Assembly (NCBI RefSeq): GCF_006345805.1
Contig: NC_043002.1
Coordinates: forward strand, 106,950,001 to 107,014,000
Length of the DNA: 64,000 nucleotides
Source of the DNA: Octopus sinensis
Lineage: Eukaryota
Reading direction: 5' to 3'
This document shows positions 63,816 to 64,000 of the stretch, in pieces. The translations under genes were made by a program, and so were the position numbers. The number at the start of each line of letters is the position of its first letter. Position 1 is the stretch's first letter. The notes under the pieces were generated by a model. The model was not told where the DNA came from. It was given only the letters and a program-made list of their open reading frames with translations, and did not search any database.

Positions 63816-64000
63816 CATATATATATAATATATATACACATATATATATAATACATACACACATATATATATATACACATATATATATATATACACATAA
63901 TATATATATATACACATACATATATATATATACATATATTATATATATACAACATATATATATATATACATATATATACTACATATATATATACACACAC
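63440..64000. repeat. Compound (TA)n/(TACA)n microsatellite; similar tracts at 14410-14490, 58820-59025, 62335-62412 and 62655-62712
   Basis: Direct reading. Confidence 0.97.

Noticed and set aside
63355-64000. Long Y/I/M/C-rich ORFs (also 58802-59038 and 62247-62764)
   Set aside because: Translations of (TA)n/(TACA)n microsatellites.

Overview
AT-rich, repeat-dense eukaryotic DNA. The repeat content (several tRNA-derived SINE families, RTE LINE pieces with (GAT)n tails, (TA)n/(CA)n microsatellites) suggests an octopus or other cephalopod genome; this is inferred from remembered repeat families, not from a search. The only protein-coding gene I can support is GGNBP2 (ZNF403/LCRG1) on the minus strand, with two coding exons (22709-22902 and 16212-16355) that have canonical splice sites and join in frame (..GCRR-S-VERLF..). 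I could not find its first coding exon or any downstream exon, so most of the window is probably intron or upstream DNA. The rest is mobile DNA: a 5'-truncated RTE LINE with an uninterrupted 583-codon RT ORF and an embedded PHD finger, a degraded RTE, dozens of RTE 3' tails, at least five SINE families, non-autonomous Helitrons, Helentron-like elements, piggyBac-, hAT-, Tc2- and mariner-type MITEs, and several minisatellites derived from transposons. The most unusual signal is three unrelated families of minimal type-I hammerhead ribozymes of the Penelope-like-element kind. One is fused behind a tRNA-type Pol III head (a ribozyme-carrying SINE) and one has a compensatory G3-C8 core swap. These two families sit in fold-back (palindromic) insertions, and the clearest of them is flanked by a 13-bp target-site duplication. 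Repeat boundaries are read by eye and may be off by roughly 10-20 bp unless stated exactly.
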